Shown here one piece after another: positions 63,213-64,000 of a stretch of 64,000 nt of DNA. The notes below the pieces were generated by a model. That model saw only the letters and a list, made by a program, of their open reading frames with translations. It was not told the origin of the DNA and searched no databases. The DNA lies in contig JAQUIZ010000001.1 in assembly GCA_028683355.1 (NCBI GenBank), positions 15,618 to 79,617 of the forward strand, read 5' to 3'. How positions within the stretch are numbered: position 1 is the first letter of the stretch; each line of letters opens with the position of its first letter. Origin of the DNA: Fermentimonas sp. (GTDB taxonomy: Bacteria > Bacteroidota > Bacteroidia > Bacteroidales > Dysgonomonadaceae). The position numbers and the translations under genes are program-made.

Positions 63213-63593
63213 TTATTTCTTGCCTTTTTTCGTTTTCTTTTCCGGTTCCGCAGGAATTTCCTCCTTGTCGGGTGTCTGGTAAAACTTGTTAGCGACCATG
63301 ACGATGCGGTTGTGTTTCACGCCGTCCTTGTCAATCCATTCTTCGGGTTTGAAGTAGCCCTCCACTGTGAGCAGGGTGCCCTTGGTGATTTGGGCAAGCG
63401 AATCGGTGTTGGCGTTGTTGCGCCAGGCTTCCACATTGATGAAAGCGGACACACGTTTCGTTTCCTCGCCGCTCTTCTCCTGACGGCTTACTGCCAATGA
63501 GAAGCGTGCTACGCTTGCGTTTGCGAACTGACGGATTTCTGCGTCCTTACCTACGAATCCTGATACTGCGAAATTGTTCTCAATCTGTTTCAT
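63213..63593 (-). CDS. ssb: single-stranded DNA-binding protein (OB fold)
   Basis: The start is the ATG at 63593. MKQIENNFAVSGFVGKDAEIRQF ... FINVEAWRNNA ... TLLTVEGYFKPEEW has an SSB-like OB-fold pattern, with a Lys-rich tail. Confidence 0.75.
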   Translation of the reverse strand: MKQIENNFAVSGFVGKDAEIRQFANASVARFSLAVSRQEKSGEETKRVSAFINVEAWRNNANTDSLAQITKGTLLTVEGYFKPEEWIDKDGVKHNRIVMVANKFYQTPDKEEIPAEPEKKTKKGKK

Positions 63594-64000
63594 GTTACAA
63601 TGCTTTAAGTTGTTAATTAAATTATTTTTACGCTGCCAATATAAGTGAGTGCAGTTACAGGGGTGCGACAAGGTTAGCAATCAAATACTCTTTATTTTTG
63701 TCAGCGTAAGCCGTCAAAACTTACGGTCAGATAAAGGAAGATTTGTGAAGCTACACCATTGACCAAGGCTTTTAGCCGTACCCGGCTGCATACTAACTTT
63801 GCAACGGAAAAATGTGTGATAACACGACCAAAAGCGGTTGTGAAACGGGTTGATGAAAAAAAAATGAGCAAGGCTTCGTGAGTGGACAGCATCCGTCCGT
63901 AAATGTAAGTTTGAATAAACGCTCCGGCTGTAAGTCCAAAAGAAGAAGTATGATCGGAGAGGAACGAGTATTGTCGCCAAAAGTGGATGCCGGACAATGC

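Noticed and set aside
1-64000. Scan for CRISPR arrays, tRNA/rRNA genes, integrase genes and att sites
   Set aside because: I noticed no regularly spaced direct repeats, no tRNA-like TPsiC/anticodon arms, no rRNA-like sequence and no tyrosine or large serine integrase ORF. Absence is based on reading by eye only.

Overview
The window reads as about 57 kb of a Bacteroidota (Bacteroides-style) conjugative element, followed by about 6 kb of cargo or flanking DNA.

Left to right:
- The distal half of a Bacteroidetes-type T4SS operon (TraJ/K/L/M/N/O-like, 259-5340) and a VirD4/TraD-type coupling ATPase (6056-8236).
- A ~16-kb, AT-richer defence island (8.3-24.2 kb). It holds a stand-alone SIR2-domain protein; an XRE controller with a type III R-M operon (mod-rhuM-res); an unassigned trio (72-aa acidic protein, DndD-like ABC ATPase, HerA/FtsK-like ATPase); a compact Gabija-like OLD-nuclease/UvrD-helicase pair; and an unassigned zinc-ribbon plus PD-(D/E)XK pair.
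- A DNA-processing and cell-wall block (24.2-40.6 kb) with a DUF4099-like protein, a Toprim protein, three M23 peptidase homologues and two ArdC-like proteins.
- A minus-strand block of small, often very acidic proteins plus PcfJ/PcfK-like genes (40.7-47.3 kb). It is organised as three operons, each preceded by a copy of a conserved ~300-nt non-coding element.
- An AbiEi/AbiEii pair with a double palindromic operator, an OmpA-family protein, a MOBV-type relaxase and several unknown minus-strand genes.
- A catalytically degenerate serine-recombinase homologue, then a truncated GNAT gene abutting a tandem DUF262 / DUF262-DUF1524 (GmrSD-like) pair.
- FKBP isomerase, a P-loop kinase-like protein and SSB.

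No rRNA, tRNA or CRISPR array was seen. All functional calls come from reading motifs by eye; no database search was possible.
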